Assembly (NCBI GenBank): GCA_965228855.1
Contig: CBDDIJ010000005.1
Coordinates: 320,001-384,000, forward strand
Source of the DNA: Candidatus Obscuribacterales bacterium
GTDB taxonomy: Bacteria; Cyanobacteriota; Vampirovibrionia; Obscuribacterales; Obscuribacteraceae
Length of the DNA: 64,000 nucleotides
Direction: 5' to 3'
Position 1 is the stretch's first letter. Every line of letters begins with the position of its first letter. The notes beneath the pieces are model-generated. The model was not told the DNA's origin. It worked only from the letters and a program-made list of their open reading frames with translations, and ran no database searches. The position numbers were made by a program, and so were the translations under genes. This document shows, piece by piece, positions 48,330-58,097 of the stretch.

Positions 48330-50054
48330 ATGAACAACAACCAAAATCAAGGCGGCCTTCTGGTGCCAGCCTTACGAGACCCTCTGGTAGCAACCTCTCT
48401 ATCGGTTATCCCAGGGTTGGGACAAATTTACAATCTGGAGCCGCGCAAAGGCGTTCTCTTTTTCCTGGTTGGCTTTACGAACATAATTCTTATTGGAACG
48501 CTTGCCTGGAGCCAACAATTAGTCAATGCTCTAAAAGCCATAGGCACCGAATACAATATCACTCCCAATAGTGATGTCGCTCACGCACTAGCTGGAATGC
48601 ATTTTGGCAGTGCCGCGATGAATGTGCTCTTCGTTCTGTTTGCAGCCTTCATCGCTTATGCGATGAGAGACGCATACGATCACGCAAAGACTGTACGGCG
48701 AAATGCGATCTACGCACCGACCGCAATGCATATCTCGGAAGCATCAAGCGGCAGCTATCTCTTCCACGCCGCATTGATGGTTACTCTCTTCATATTCGCG
48801 TTTTTCTTTCTGATGCCGGCACCACCGCAAATTCAGGTGACAACGATTGAATTTGCAAATCCCAAAATTGAAACGCAAAAGCCTCCGAGGGTTAAGACGA
48901 AAGCACGCATAAACGCAGAAGCTCAGCATGACCCCAGACACACTCGCATCGTGAAGAATCCGTCAGAATCGAACAGCGGCGGTCGTCCGCAAACGTTACA
49001 GCGACAGGCGGAGCCGAAGTCTGCAAAACCAGCAGAAGCGAAACCGGAGCCGAAATCCAGTGCAGCAAAGCCGCAGGAAACAAAGCCAACTCCGGTCAAA
49101 CCGCCTGCAGCGGCAGCTCGTCCAGAAATAGCTAAACCTATGGAAACTCCCAAACCGCATATAGCGCCTGTAGCCCAGTCCACTCCATCGCCCGCAAAAC
49201 CCACGCCCTCGCCGATGCAGCCGCAAACACCGCTCAAAGAAGTGCCGCCATTGCCCAGCATGGGTCAACCAAACAGTCCTGCAAAACCGCTGCTCGACCC
49301 GACAAAACTCCTTGCGACATTGACGCCGCAGGGTACTCCGGCGGCATCCACACCACTTCCACAAGCCCATGCCGTTGATGTCAAATCAAATGGGGCACCG
49401 AAATTGGTATCAAGCACCGGAGCGCCCAGCTCCTCTAACGTGCCTGCACCAGCAATTGCGACATCATCAGCCAGACACACTGGAGCAACGGGCCCTAAAA
49501 TCGTGGAGACGGGAAGAGGCGAAAGAGAATCGAAAGGCACCTCGGATTCGACCGGTCCACGCCCCAGCAGAGAACGGAGCAGAGGCGCCAATGAACCTTA
49601 CGGGAAAGGCAGCGATGTCGACAAATTCATAGGCATGACACCCAGCCTGCCTGCTCCAGACAAAGGCGACCATACCGGGACGAAGCAAACTGGCGAGCCA
49701 GGCATGACTTCGAATTCTCGAAAGAGTGACAAAAGTCAATCAGGCGCAAGAGCGGACATCAACTTCGGTCCCTACATGGCAGAGCTGCAGCGCCGCATCA
49801 AGCGCAGTTGGTTTCCTCCAACAGACTCAGCTTCTAAGCGGGTCACTGCCCGATTCACTATTCATGAAAACGGAAAGCTCAGCAATCTTCAGCTCTCCGT
49901 AGCTTCCGGATCGTCAGTGGCGGACCAGGCTGCGCTCAAAGCTATTTCAAACGCAGCTCCTTTCCCGCCGCTACCAGCGGGCTCCCCCGAATCTGTGGAC
50001 ATTGAGTTCAAGTTCGACTACAACGTGTTCAAAGGAACCGGCTCGATCCGCTAG
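48330..50054 (+). CDS. TonB/TolA-like energy transducer with an N-terminal membrane module
   Basis: TM helices, Pro-rich linker, C-terminal YMAELQRRIKRSW..DQAALKAI..APFPPLP. Confidence 0.85.
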   Translation: MNNNQNQGGLLVPALRDPLVATSLSVIPGLGQIYNLEPRKGVLFFLVGFTNIILIGTLAWSQQLVNALKAIGTEYNITPNSDVAHALAGMHFGSAAMNVLFVLFAAFIAYAMRDAYDHAKTVRRNAIYAPTAMHISEASSGSYLFHAALMVTLFIFAFFFLMPAPPQIQVTTIEFANPKIETQKPPRVKTKARINAEAQHDPRHTRIVKNPSESNSGGRPQTLQRQAEPKSAKPAEAKPEPKSSAAKPQETKPTPVKPPAAAARPEIAKPMETPKPHIAPVAQSTPSPAKPTPSPMQPQTPLKEVPPLPSMGQPNSPAKPLLDPTKLLATLTPQGTPAASTPLPQAHAVDVKSNGAPKLVSSTGAPSSSNVPAPAIATSSARHTGATGPKIVETGRGERESKGTSDSTGPRPSRERSRGANEPYGKGSDVDKFIGMTPSLPAPDKGDHTGTKQTGEPGMTSNSRKSDKSQSGARADINFGPYMAELQRRIKRSWFPPTDSASKRVTARFTIHENGKLSNLQLSVASGSSVADQAALKAISNAAPFPPLPAGSPESVDIEFKFDYNVFKGTGSIR

Positions 50055-50165
50055 TTGGGACAATTTGATACAAGAGGGAAGCCGGTCTGACGGAGCACGG
50101 CTTCTCGGCTTTGGAAGCATCCTCCGTGGGTATAAGAAAAGAACTCCTTACAAACGACTTTTCTA

Positions 50166-52355
50166 ATGTATACGGCGGAGCAGCTAGAGCGCGAACTCAA
50201 CCAGACCAACTTCCCGATGGAGCGTTACAAGCCAATCGAGAAGCTTGGCGGCAGCGCTGTCTCGGACTCCTATCTGTGTTACGACGAATTTCTCGAAGAA
50301 GAAGTCGTGGTCAAGAAACTCGGAGTACTTGAATTCGACGAATTGATTCACTTTCAACGAGAAGCAACTGCGCTCTGCCGCATACGCAACAAGAGCCTTG
50401 CACAAGTAGTTGATTTTGGAGCCACCGCAGATGGTGCAGTCTATCTGGTGTACGAATACCAGACGGGCATCAGCTTAAAAGTACACTTGCGCGGAAATGA
50501 TGCGGAGGTGAGCTTCGAACAGTCGCTCGTTTTATCACCCGAACTGGCATACCGAGCTTTCATCCCCGTCGCCGAAGCAATAGCAGCGATGCATTCACAG
50601 GGGATTCTCCATAGGGACATCAAAGCATCGAATATTCTCCTGCGAAACCTGGAGTCACAAGATTCCGCGGTCTTTCTGATCGACGCAGGCAGCGGCATAG
50701 TCAGACATGCTACCGCTCAACAGATATCATTCGAAGGCCGCACGGTGACTGGAGATCCGAACTATCTTGCACCGGAACAGTTGCTCTTGCAACAATACGA
50801 TGCGCGCTCCGAAATATTCGCCCTGGGTTGTGTCTTCTTCGAAGCGCTTACAGGGCGCACGCCTTTCTCCGGAGATGATGCGCTTTCGCACCTCGCTCGT
50901 CGAAGCCCGCCAAGCTTGTCGCAGGTCTCGGATGGTCTGACGTACAACTACAAAATCGAAGGGTTTGTAAGACGCTGTCTTGAAAGAAATCCCGACGCTC
51001 GATACAAGTCGATGCAAGAAGTTTTACACGCGCTAAAGGATCTAGTCAAACACAAAGTATCGATCGACCGACATTACGAGGCAAACAGCTCTGGCGGCAT
51101 GTCCTTCGCTGAGGCGGAACGGGAACGGGCCCGGACAAGAAGAGCTAATTTTAAAAGCACGGGAAACAAGCTGAAGTTATTGGCCCCCGATGACGAACGG
51201 CTCGACACGAATTCGCCTCGGAATCAGCTTCCAAACAGTCCGCGCCCGCCGGAGCAAACTGAGACAACACCTCGATCGAACGAATTAATCGAAAAGAAAC
51301 AGGAACGCGTCTCAAAGCTATCCGAGGGCGTGACACCGCCCGGCTTGCATGTTGTTGAAACGTCCGCGTTAAAACACACGCCAGCGGTGCCACACTCACC
51401 CAACACCGCCACCGTGAGCAGTGGCACAATATCAACCCCATCTAACAACGAAAGCAAAGATTTTAAAAGTTATATCGCCAGAGCTCGTCAGATGGTAGCC
51501 TGGGTAACCACGACTCGTCAGGGCATGATAGCGCTCGTAATTGTTTCAACCACTATTGTCTGCGGATGGCTAACCTTCAGTTACGTAGAATATCTAGTCG
51601 CCCCCCGAAGCGAAGAGGATGGATTGGTTTATGCTTACCAGCCAGCAACCAAGTCAAACCCTGGTCAACTCACTCTGGGAGTGGAGACAACTCGACCGGG
51701 CATCACGTATCTCAGCAATGGAAAACCGCGAGGTCTTCTGGAAAAACATCATATCGTGATCGAGAGTCCATCCGAGAATCTACCTTATATTGAATCCGGG
51801 CCAGGATTCGCCAACGAGCTTCATGACACCACTCTATTCGATCGAGACAGTCTCAACTTAACCTCGATGCGCTCCGGAAGGGACCCGGAAGAAGAATCTG
51901 AAAGTGATTTGAGAGTCGGTGAAACCTGGCGCGTGAAGATTCGCACGCAGAATGGTACCCGCTTTCTTGAATCAGTCAAAAACGGCTCGGCATATTTGAT
52001 CAATCCGGAAATGCAAGACATTCATATCGCGATCACAAAAATGTATCGCGCCCTGATAGCGCAGTCTCGAAATCATGATAATGAGTACGCGTACATCAAT
52101 CCTGAGTGGGCGGCGTCCAACTTTAACACAAGCGTCAGTCTGAGTCCGCCACCACATCCGATGGCACGTCCCATCTTGTTTCCAGCCCAAGATATCAAAC
52201 TTAAAAACTTCGATAGCCAATGCGAAGTGCTGCTGAGAGCGCCCACGTGGATGACCGGAGTTGGTTTTCTAGATGTGACTTTGCGTGTTGAGCGCGATGG
52301 TTGGAAGATAATGGATATTGCCCCGGCAACACAGGCCGAGTGGGACGAACTATGA
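50166..52355 (+). CDS. Membrane-anchored Ser/Thr protein kinase
   Basis: Motifs HRDIKASN, YLAPE and IFALG; TM helix followed by an extracytoplasmic domain. Confidence 0.88.
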   Translation: MYTAEQLERELNQTNFPMERYKPIEKLGGSAVSDSYLCYDEFLEEEVVVKKLGVLEFDELIHFQREATALCRIRNKSLAQVVDFGATADGAVYLVYEYQTGISLKVHLRGNDAEVSFEQSLVLSPELAYRAFIPVAEAIAAMHSQGILHRDIKASNILLRNLESQDSAVFLIDAGSGIVRHATAQQISFEGRTVTGDPNYLAPEQLLLQQYDARSEIFALGCVFFEALTGRTPFSGDDALSHLARRSPPSLSQVSDGLTYNYKIEGFVRRCLERNPDARYKSMQEVLHALKDLVKHKVSIDRHYEANSSGGMSFAEAERERARTRRANFKSTGNKLKLLAPDDERLDTNSPRNQLPNSPRPPEQTETTPRSNELIEKKQERVSKLSEGVTPPGLHVVETSALKHTPAVPHSPNTATVSSGTISTPSNNESKDFKSYIARARQMVAWVTTTRQGMIALVIVSTTIVCGWLTFSYVEYLVAPRSEEDGLVYAYQPATKSNPGQLTLGVETTRPGITYLSNGKPRGLLEKHHIVIESPSENLPYIESGPGFANELHDTTLFDRDSLNLTSMRSGRDPEEESESDLRVGETWRVKIRTQNGTRFLESVKNGSAYLINPEMQDIHIAITKMYRALIAQSRNHDNEYAYINPEWAASNFNTSVSLSPPPHPMARPILFPAQDIKLKNFDSQCEVLLRAPTWMTGVGFLDVTLRVERDGWKIMDIAPATQAEWDEL

Positions 52356-52424
52356 AGTTTCTGACTAAATAAAGCGTATATGCCGCATGCTTCCTGCGAG
52401 TGTCAAAGCAGTTCGAAACGATGG

Positions 52425-53672
52425 TTAAACAGTTGCGGCGTTTTCCTTTTGAAGGAGATGCAGTTCGAACGCCTCGTGAATTAGACGAGCGGCTTGATCA
52501 GCTGCGGCGCGAGACACAATGCAGCTTATCTTCATCTCGCTCGTAGAAATCATTTTGATGTTTATCTTGTTTTCGCCAAGGGTTGTGAACATTCGCGACG
52601 GAATATCGGGCTGCTCGACCAGACCGGCTCCAATCAAGCTGACTTTGGCGCAGTCGCCGTCGACTTGAACAACGCGAGCTCCAAGGGCGTCCTTAATCTC
52701 GTTCAATACAGCCACTGTTTCGTCCAGAGCATCAGACTGAACCGTGAAGGTAATGCTGTTGTGATCGGTCGACGGATGGAAGGATTGCACAATCATGTCA
52801 ATCCCGATATTGCGTTTCGCCAGCGCACCTGTGACCTTACCGGCGATACCAGGCTGATCCGGTACATCCATGATGGCAACCGCTGCCTGGTCCTTATCCA
52901 CAGCCACCGAACTGATTGCACGAAAGATTTCCATATCACCTCCAACGATCAAAGTACCCTTGTCCTCGGGCTTAAATGTATTGCGAACTCGCAGTTTAAC
53001 GCCATATTGCCTCGCCAGCTCCACAGCACGCGGGTGAAGCACCTTAGCGCCCAGGCGAGCCATCTCCAGAACCTCTCCGTACGAAACCGTTCGCAACAAC
53101 GAAGCATTGTTGACCAGATTCGGGTCTGTTGTAAAAATTCCATCTACGTCGGTATAGATATCGCAGCCGGCTGCATTGACCGCAGCTGCAAGAGCAACAG
53201 CCGTTGTATCAGAACCGCCGCGCCCCAGTGTGGTAATATCGCCGTCCGGAGTAACGCCCTGAAAACCGGCGACGACAAGCACGTCGTTGTCTTCAAGATG
53301 CTTTGCCAGAGCCTCTTTTCTTATGTCTACGATGCGAGCATTAGTGTGAATACTCTCGGTAAAAATTCCAACTTGACCGCCTGTGAGTGACCGAGCTGCA
53401 ACACCGATATCGCGCAATCGGATAGCGAGAAGAGATATAGACATCTGCTCTCCGGTGGAAAGGAGGGCATCGAGTTCACGCTTGTCCGGCGTCGCGGAGC
53501 AGCCTTTGGCAAGTTTGATCAAATAATCGGTGGTATCACCCATAGCGGAAACAACGACGATCACCTTTTGCGTCCTGGCACACTCGGCGATAATACCTGC
53601 CACGTGCTCGATTCGACCAATACTCTTAACGGAAGTACCACCAAACTTGAGTACTTGAATTTCGTTAGCCAT
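52425..53672 (-). CDS. lysC: Aspartate kinase (alpha2beta2 type)
   Basis: Motifs KFGGTSV, TLGRGGSD and TDVDG; two ACT domains. Confidence 0.96.
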   Translation of the reverse strand: MANEIQVLKFGGTSVKSIGRIEHVAGIIAECARTQKVIVVVSAMGDTTDYLIKLAKGCSATPDKRELDALLSTGEQMSISLLAIRLRDIGVAARSLTGGQVGIFTESIHTNARIVDIRKEALAKHLEDNDVLVVAGFQGVTPDGDITTLGRGGSDTTAVALAAAVNAAGCDIYTDVDGIFTTDPNLVNNASLLRTVSYGEVLEMARLGAKVLHPRAVELARQYGVKLRVRNTFKPEDKGTLIVGGDMEIFRAISSVAVDKDQAAVAIMDVPDQPGIAGKVTGALAKRNIGIDMIVQSFHPSTDHNSITFTVQSDALDETVAVLNEIKDALGARVVQVDGDCAKVSLIGAGLVEQPDIPSRMFTTLGENKINIKMISTSEMKISCIVSRAAADQAARLIHEAFELHLLQKENAATV

Positions 53673-54588
53673 AAGTTGCTGTTAAACCCTCTCTGTCGAC
53701 TTCGAGACTCATTACTTTGACTTTGCCTTCGCGTACGGAAGACCAGCTTTCCAGCTCGTTCTTCACATAATCAACATGCCGCGCCTCCGACAGTACAAGT
53801 ATTGATGAGCCGGCACCGGATAGCACAACTCCGAGTACGGGTGAATCACGCAAAACGTTTTTAACTTCCTGCAGTTCAGGAATGAGCGTTTGACGATGGG
53901 GCTCGTGCAGGCTGTCTATGAGACCCGCGCGAAGCAGTTCTCTATCTCTCTTTTCGATAGCCATCAGCAATAACGCAGTATTCTGAATGTTACTGACCGC
54001 CTCCGGCATAGATACTTGCTTCGGCAGAACCGCACGCGCATGTGCAGTACTGACTTCACGGTCTGGTACAACCAAAATCGGTCGCCAGTCCTCCGGCCAT
54101 TCCACAGTAGCAGCGACAAAGTCCTTTGACTGTTTGACATAAGCACTGGCTGTCAACGCACCAAACAAGCTCGCTGCCACATTATCCGGATGTCCTTCGA
54201 TTGACGCTGCATATTGCAATGCGGTTTTACGATCGGGAAGTTGTCCTGTTAAATAAATGCCGGCCCAGACAGTTCCGGCAATACAAGCAGCACTGGAACC
54301 CAGTCCTCGAGCCAGAGGTATTTCCGACTTTATAGTAACCTTCAGTCTATCGAACGAGGATTTCAAAACTGGAAATTGTTCTTCCAGTACTTTGAGAACC
54401 AGGTTGTTCTGATCGCAAGGCAGGCTGGATGCAGCGCTTCCCTCAATCTCGACTATCGGACCCTTGCAGCTGTCGTCACTCAATTCAAAAGTCAGAGTGC
54501 AATACAGTTCATAAGCTAATGCCAGTGTGTCGAAACCTGGGCCGAGATTGGCACTGCTAGCTGGAACTCGTACTGTGACTTTCTTCAT
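53665..54588 (-). CDS. thrB: Homoserine kinase
   Basis: Motifs PASSANLGPGFD, PLARGLGSS and EGHPDN. Confidence 0.96.
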   Translation of the reverse strand: MKKVTVRVPASSANLGPGFDTLALAYELYCTLTFELSDDSCKGPIVEIEGSAASSLPCDQNNLVLKVLEEQFPVLKSSFDRLKVTIKSEIPLARGLGSSAACIAGTVWAGIYLTGQLPDRKTALQYAASIEGHPDNVAASLFGALTASAYVKQSKDFVAATVEWPEDWRPILVVPDREVSTAHARAVLPKQVSMPEAVSNIQNTALLLMAIEKRDRELLRAGLIDSLHEPHRQTLIPELQEVKNVLRDSPVLGVVLSGAGSSILVLSEARHVDYVKNELESWSSVREGKVKVMSLEVDREGLTATYG

Positions 54589-54594
54589 TCCGAA

Positions 54595-55737
54595 TTACAG
54601 ACCCATCGCAGAAACCAGAACATCGAGATCCGGTTTAATCGGTTCTAATTTCACATCGCTAACTTTCAGCGCGTTATCAGGATCTTTCAAACCGTTACCG
54701 GTAAGAACACAAACCACGGTCGCGTCGTGAGGAATTCCGCCTTTAGCGGCCAACTTTTTGAGACCAGCTACAGATGCGGCACTTGCCGGTTCACAGAAAA
54801 CACCTTCCAACTGAGCAAGCATCTTATACGCTTCGAGAATTTCCTCGTCAGTCACCATGTCGACTAATCCACCGGATTTATCGATCGCATTCTGAGCTTC
54901 TTGCCAGCTGGCCGGATTACCGATCCTGATAGCCGTAGCTAGAGTTTCCGGGTTCGGTACCGGTTTGCCGAGTACCATCGGCGCAGCTCCTGCAGCCTGG
55001 AAGCCGCACATTTGTGGTACTTTCAGCGTACCTTTGACGATCTCGATCTCTGCGGTTGCGCTGCCCTTATAGCGCATCTGCTGCCCGGTAGTCGGGGCGC
55101 GATGATACTGAGTGAAACCCCGGAAGTACGCGCTGATATTTCCCGCGTTCCCGACCGGGATGCACAGATAGTCGGGGGCTTCGCCTAGTGTATCCATAAC
55201 TTCGAATGCGCCGGTCTTCTGACCTTCAAGCCGGTAAGGGTTGATCGAATTAACGATAGTGACTGGGAACTTCTCGCCAATCAGGCGCACCAGATCTAGT
55301 GCCTGATCAAAATTGCCATCGATTTGAATTACTTTCGAGCCATACAAAATTGCCTGTGCAAGCTTGCCGAGTGCGACCTTGCCGGCCGGAAGCAACACAT
55401 AGCAAGCCAGTCCGGCTTTGGCAGCAAAGGCTGCAGCCGATGCACTGGTATTACCTGTAGAGGCACAGATAACGGCTTTTGAACCTTCCTCGACAGCTTT
55501 GGAAATCGCCATCGTCATACCACGATCTTTAAAGCTGCCTGTCGGGTTCAATCCTTCTAGTTTCAAACGAATATCAACTGTTGGAATACCCAGTGCTTTG
55601 GCAAGCTTTTTAGCTGCGACTAGCGGTGTAAAACCCTCACCGAGACTGACGATGGGAGTTCGGTCAGTCAGAGGTAGATAATCTCGAAAGCGTTCAATTA
55701 GTGGCACGCGGCCGCGGATCGATTCAGTCGTATTCAT
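54595..55737 (-). CDS. thrC: Threonine synthase
   Basis: Motifs NPTGSFKDRG, CASTGNTS and LTGNGLKDP. Confidence 0.96.
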   Translation of the reverse strand: MNTTESIRGRVPLIERFRDYLPLTDRTPIVSLGEGFTPLVAAKKLAKALGIPTVDIRLKLEGLNPTGSFKDRGMTMAISKAVEEGSKAVICASTGNTSASAAAFAAKAGLACYVLLPAGKVALGKLAQAILYGSKVIQIDGNFDQALDLVRLIGEKFPVTIVNSINPYRLEGQKTGAFEVMDTLGEAPDYLCIPVGNAGNISAYFRGFTQYHRAPTTGQQMRYKGSATAEIEIVKGTLKVPQMCGFQAAGAAPMVLGKPVPNPETLATAIRIGNPASWQEAQNAIDKSGGLVDMVTDEEILEAYKMLAQLEGVFCEPASAASVAGLKKLAAKGGIPHDATVVCVLTGNGLKDPDNALKVSDVKLEPIKPDLDVLVSAMGL

Positions 55738-55749
55738 TGAGTCAGCCTT

Positions 55750-57030
55750 TTATTTTCCGGCACCGTTTTTGCCGTTGAAGATTGCAATACAGGTTCCCTG
55801 GTCCTTTAGAAACTCTTCCGTCTTCATTTGTTCGATCGCTTTGTTGACGCGACCGGTTTCAACTGGATGCGTGAGGATCACGACGGAAGCGCCCTGGTCC
55901 TCTACACCACGTTGAATGATACTTTGAATGCTGATTTGATTGGCACCAAATATGCTACCAATCTTTCCGATCACACCTGGATGGTCTTCGACTTCCAGCC
56001 TGATGTAATATGGCGTTTTCCAACTATCTGAAGAGGAAACCGCTTGCCAGGTATCGCCCACCTCGGTGTGAAAGTAACTCGCGAAATCTTGCAGACGGAG
56101 AGCGGCCGCAAGGTTTATAACATCACCCATGATCGCTGACGCCGTCGGCAGTTGACCCGCTCCCGGACCGACCATCATGAGTTCACCTACAGCGTGACCG
56201 TTTACAACAATCCCGTTGTTGCCACCAGAGACGCTGGCGAGCGGATGAGACACAGGCACGAAACAAGGCTCCACGCGAGCCTGGACGTTCGAATCGGTTC
56301 GATCTGCTCTACCAATCAGTTTTATTCGATAGCCGAATTCTTTTGCATGTTCAAGGTCGACAGGCTTTATATGAGTAATTCCGCGACGAAAGATTTCTTG
56401 CGGTTTAACGAAACTGCCGAAGGCCAGAGCCGCGAGAATCGAGACTTTGTACGCAACATCGAATCCCTCGACATCATTTGTCGGGTCGGCTTCGGCAAAA
56501 CCGAGTTTCTGAGCCATTGCCAGAGCGGCGTCAAAACTTTCACCCTTTTCTTCCATCTGCGACAGAATGAAATTGGTGGTACCGTTGAGAATTCCGAGAA
56601 TCGACTCGAGTTGATTGGCGCCAAGTCCCTTTTGAATCGTGGAGATAAGGGGCACACCACCAGCTACCGACGCTTCAAAAAATATAGCAACACCCTTTTC
56701 CCGCGCCAGTTTAAACAAGTCCGGACCATGCTTTGCTAAAACTTCTTTGTTCGCCGTGACCACGTGCTTACGTGACTCAATCGCTTTAGTGATAAGGTCG
56801 AGGGCAGGTTGCTCGCCACCCATAACCTCGATTAGAACTTCTATTTCCGGGTCGTTGACCACCTCTTCAGGATTCGTCGTCACCTGACAGCGCGGGTCAA
56901 CTTCGCGGGCTTTGCTCAAATCTTTTACAGCGACTCGCTTCAGAGACAGCGATTTGTGGTTACTTAGAAGTTTGACGACGCCGGTGCCGACTGTTCCCAG
57001 ACCGAGCATACCGACCACAACCTTTGCCAT
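55750..57030 (-). CDS. hom: Homoserine dehydrogenase with an ACT domain
   Basis: Motifs GLGTVG, VVTANK, NGTTNFIL and GFAEADP; AAGGAG RBS. Confidence 0.96.
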   Translation of the reverse strand: MAKVVVGMLGLGTVGTGVVKLLSNHKSLSLKRVAVKDLSKAREVDPRCQVTTNPEEVVNDPEIEVLIEVMGGEQPALDLITKAIESRKHVVTANKEVLAKHGPDLFKLAREKGVAIFFEASVAGGVPLISTIQKGLGANQLESILGILNGTTNFILSQMEEKGESFDAALAMAQKLGFAEADPTNDVEGFDVAYKVSILAALAFGSFVKPQEIFRRGITHIKPVDLEHAKEFGYRIKLIGRADRTDSNVQARVEPCFVPVSHPLASVSGGNNGIVVNGHAVGELMMVGPGAGQLPTASAIMGDVINLAAALRLQDFASYFHTEVGDTWQAVSSSDSWKTPYYIRLEVEDHPGVIGKIGSIFGANQISIQSIIQRGVEDQGASVVILTHPVETGRVNKAIEQMKTEEFLKDQGTCIAIFNGKNGAGK

Positions 57031-57101
57031 ATGTGCTCCTTCGCGATTCACTGGGCTGAACGAGCGCTCGACCGCGTTTTGCAATCATGAAGCCCTGCTA
57101 A

Positions 57102-58097
57102 TTATTCTGGCACGCCCTGCTCAGCCGCACTATTGTCCCCGACATCGACTGAAAATGGCTCTTTTGATGCGATAGATGTTTTCAAATACGAAATAATTGC
57201 GTTGACGTTGCCCAGGTTCTTCCCCATGTCAACAGTGGTACCCTTCTTGGAAGATTCGCTCCACACAATGCAATTCGTTCGGCTCACATCGATCATCGAG
57301 AAAACCATCAATATCTCTTGCCCTTCCTCCAGCACCTGTTTCCGCACCTTCGCTTCAATGGTTCCGCCGCGCAAATCTACCGCTACCGGCTTGCAATTGT
57401 CGATTGTTGTAAGTGACCGAACACCGCGCTCGAACGCCGAGGCAAAGTCCACCGGCATTTCAATTTCGCTGAACTGAATGGTCGAGGCCGAAACACGGTT
57501 TAACGTATCGCTCTTCAAACGGCGGATACTCGCCCACTGGAGCACTACCATAATGGCACCGAATATGACACCAAAGAGAAACGCGAACGGAATCAGATGA
57601 ATCACGTTGTAGGCGAGCATATAGAAGGTAAAGGCGATAAAGGTGGGCGCAAAAAAGGTCATAAAAATTTTGGCATAGACGCGATGGTCGTGCTCGATCT
57701 CGTCGTCTAGACTGATGTGCGTACCAAGCACATGACCGGCTCCACTCAGACACCACTGGCGGTATCCGTTCAACTCAATATCTTGAACAGGTCGAGTTCC
57801 AACCAACACCGGGCGCATCAAGCTGAAAAGCTTGCGGGAAACCGGATAGGACATATCCCGGGATTGTGGCGCGCTCACCGTTTCCAACGTCGCGACCGTC
57901 ACATCGATTGCCGCACTTCCGGGTCTTTCTGAAAAGCGCTTGTCGTATACGAATATGTGAAGTGCCCCTGGTTGGATCTTCACTATTTTCGCGATCTTAT
58001 AGATACTCTCGCCGTTTAATCCATAAATACTGAACAAGTCCGCTTCATGGAGATGATCGGCGGTCGCATCAGTTGCGTCGGGCAAGGATGAGTTCAT
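57102..58097 (-). CDS. Hypothetical membrane protein
   Basis: Two central TM helices. Confidence 0.6.
   Translation of the reverse strand: MNSSLPDATDATADHLHEADLFSIYGLNGESIYKIAKIVKIQPGALHIFVYDKRFSERPGSAAIDVTVATLETVSAPQSRDMSYPVSRKLFSLMRPVLVGTRPVQDIELNGYRQWCLSGAGHVLGTHISLDDEIEHDHRVYAKIFMTFFAPTFIAFTFYMLAYNVIHLIPFAFLFGVIFGAIMVVLQWASIRRLKSDTLNRVSASTIQFSEIEMPVDFASAFERGVRSLTTIDNCKPVAVDLRGGTIEAKVRKQVLEEGQEILMVFSMIDVSRTNCIVWSESSKKGTTVDMGKNLGNVNAIISYLKTSIASKEPFSVDVGDNSAAEQGVPE

Noticed and set aside
52494..53390. Long antisense ORFs (e.g. 52494-53390, 24582-25328, 10125-10805)
   Set aside because: Shadow frames opposite well-supported genes, with no protein motifs.
57031..57101. Thr/Ile leader or T-box before hom
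   Set aside because: Only about 70 nt; no Thr-rich uORF, T-box motif or terminator.
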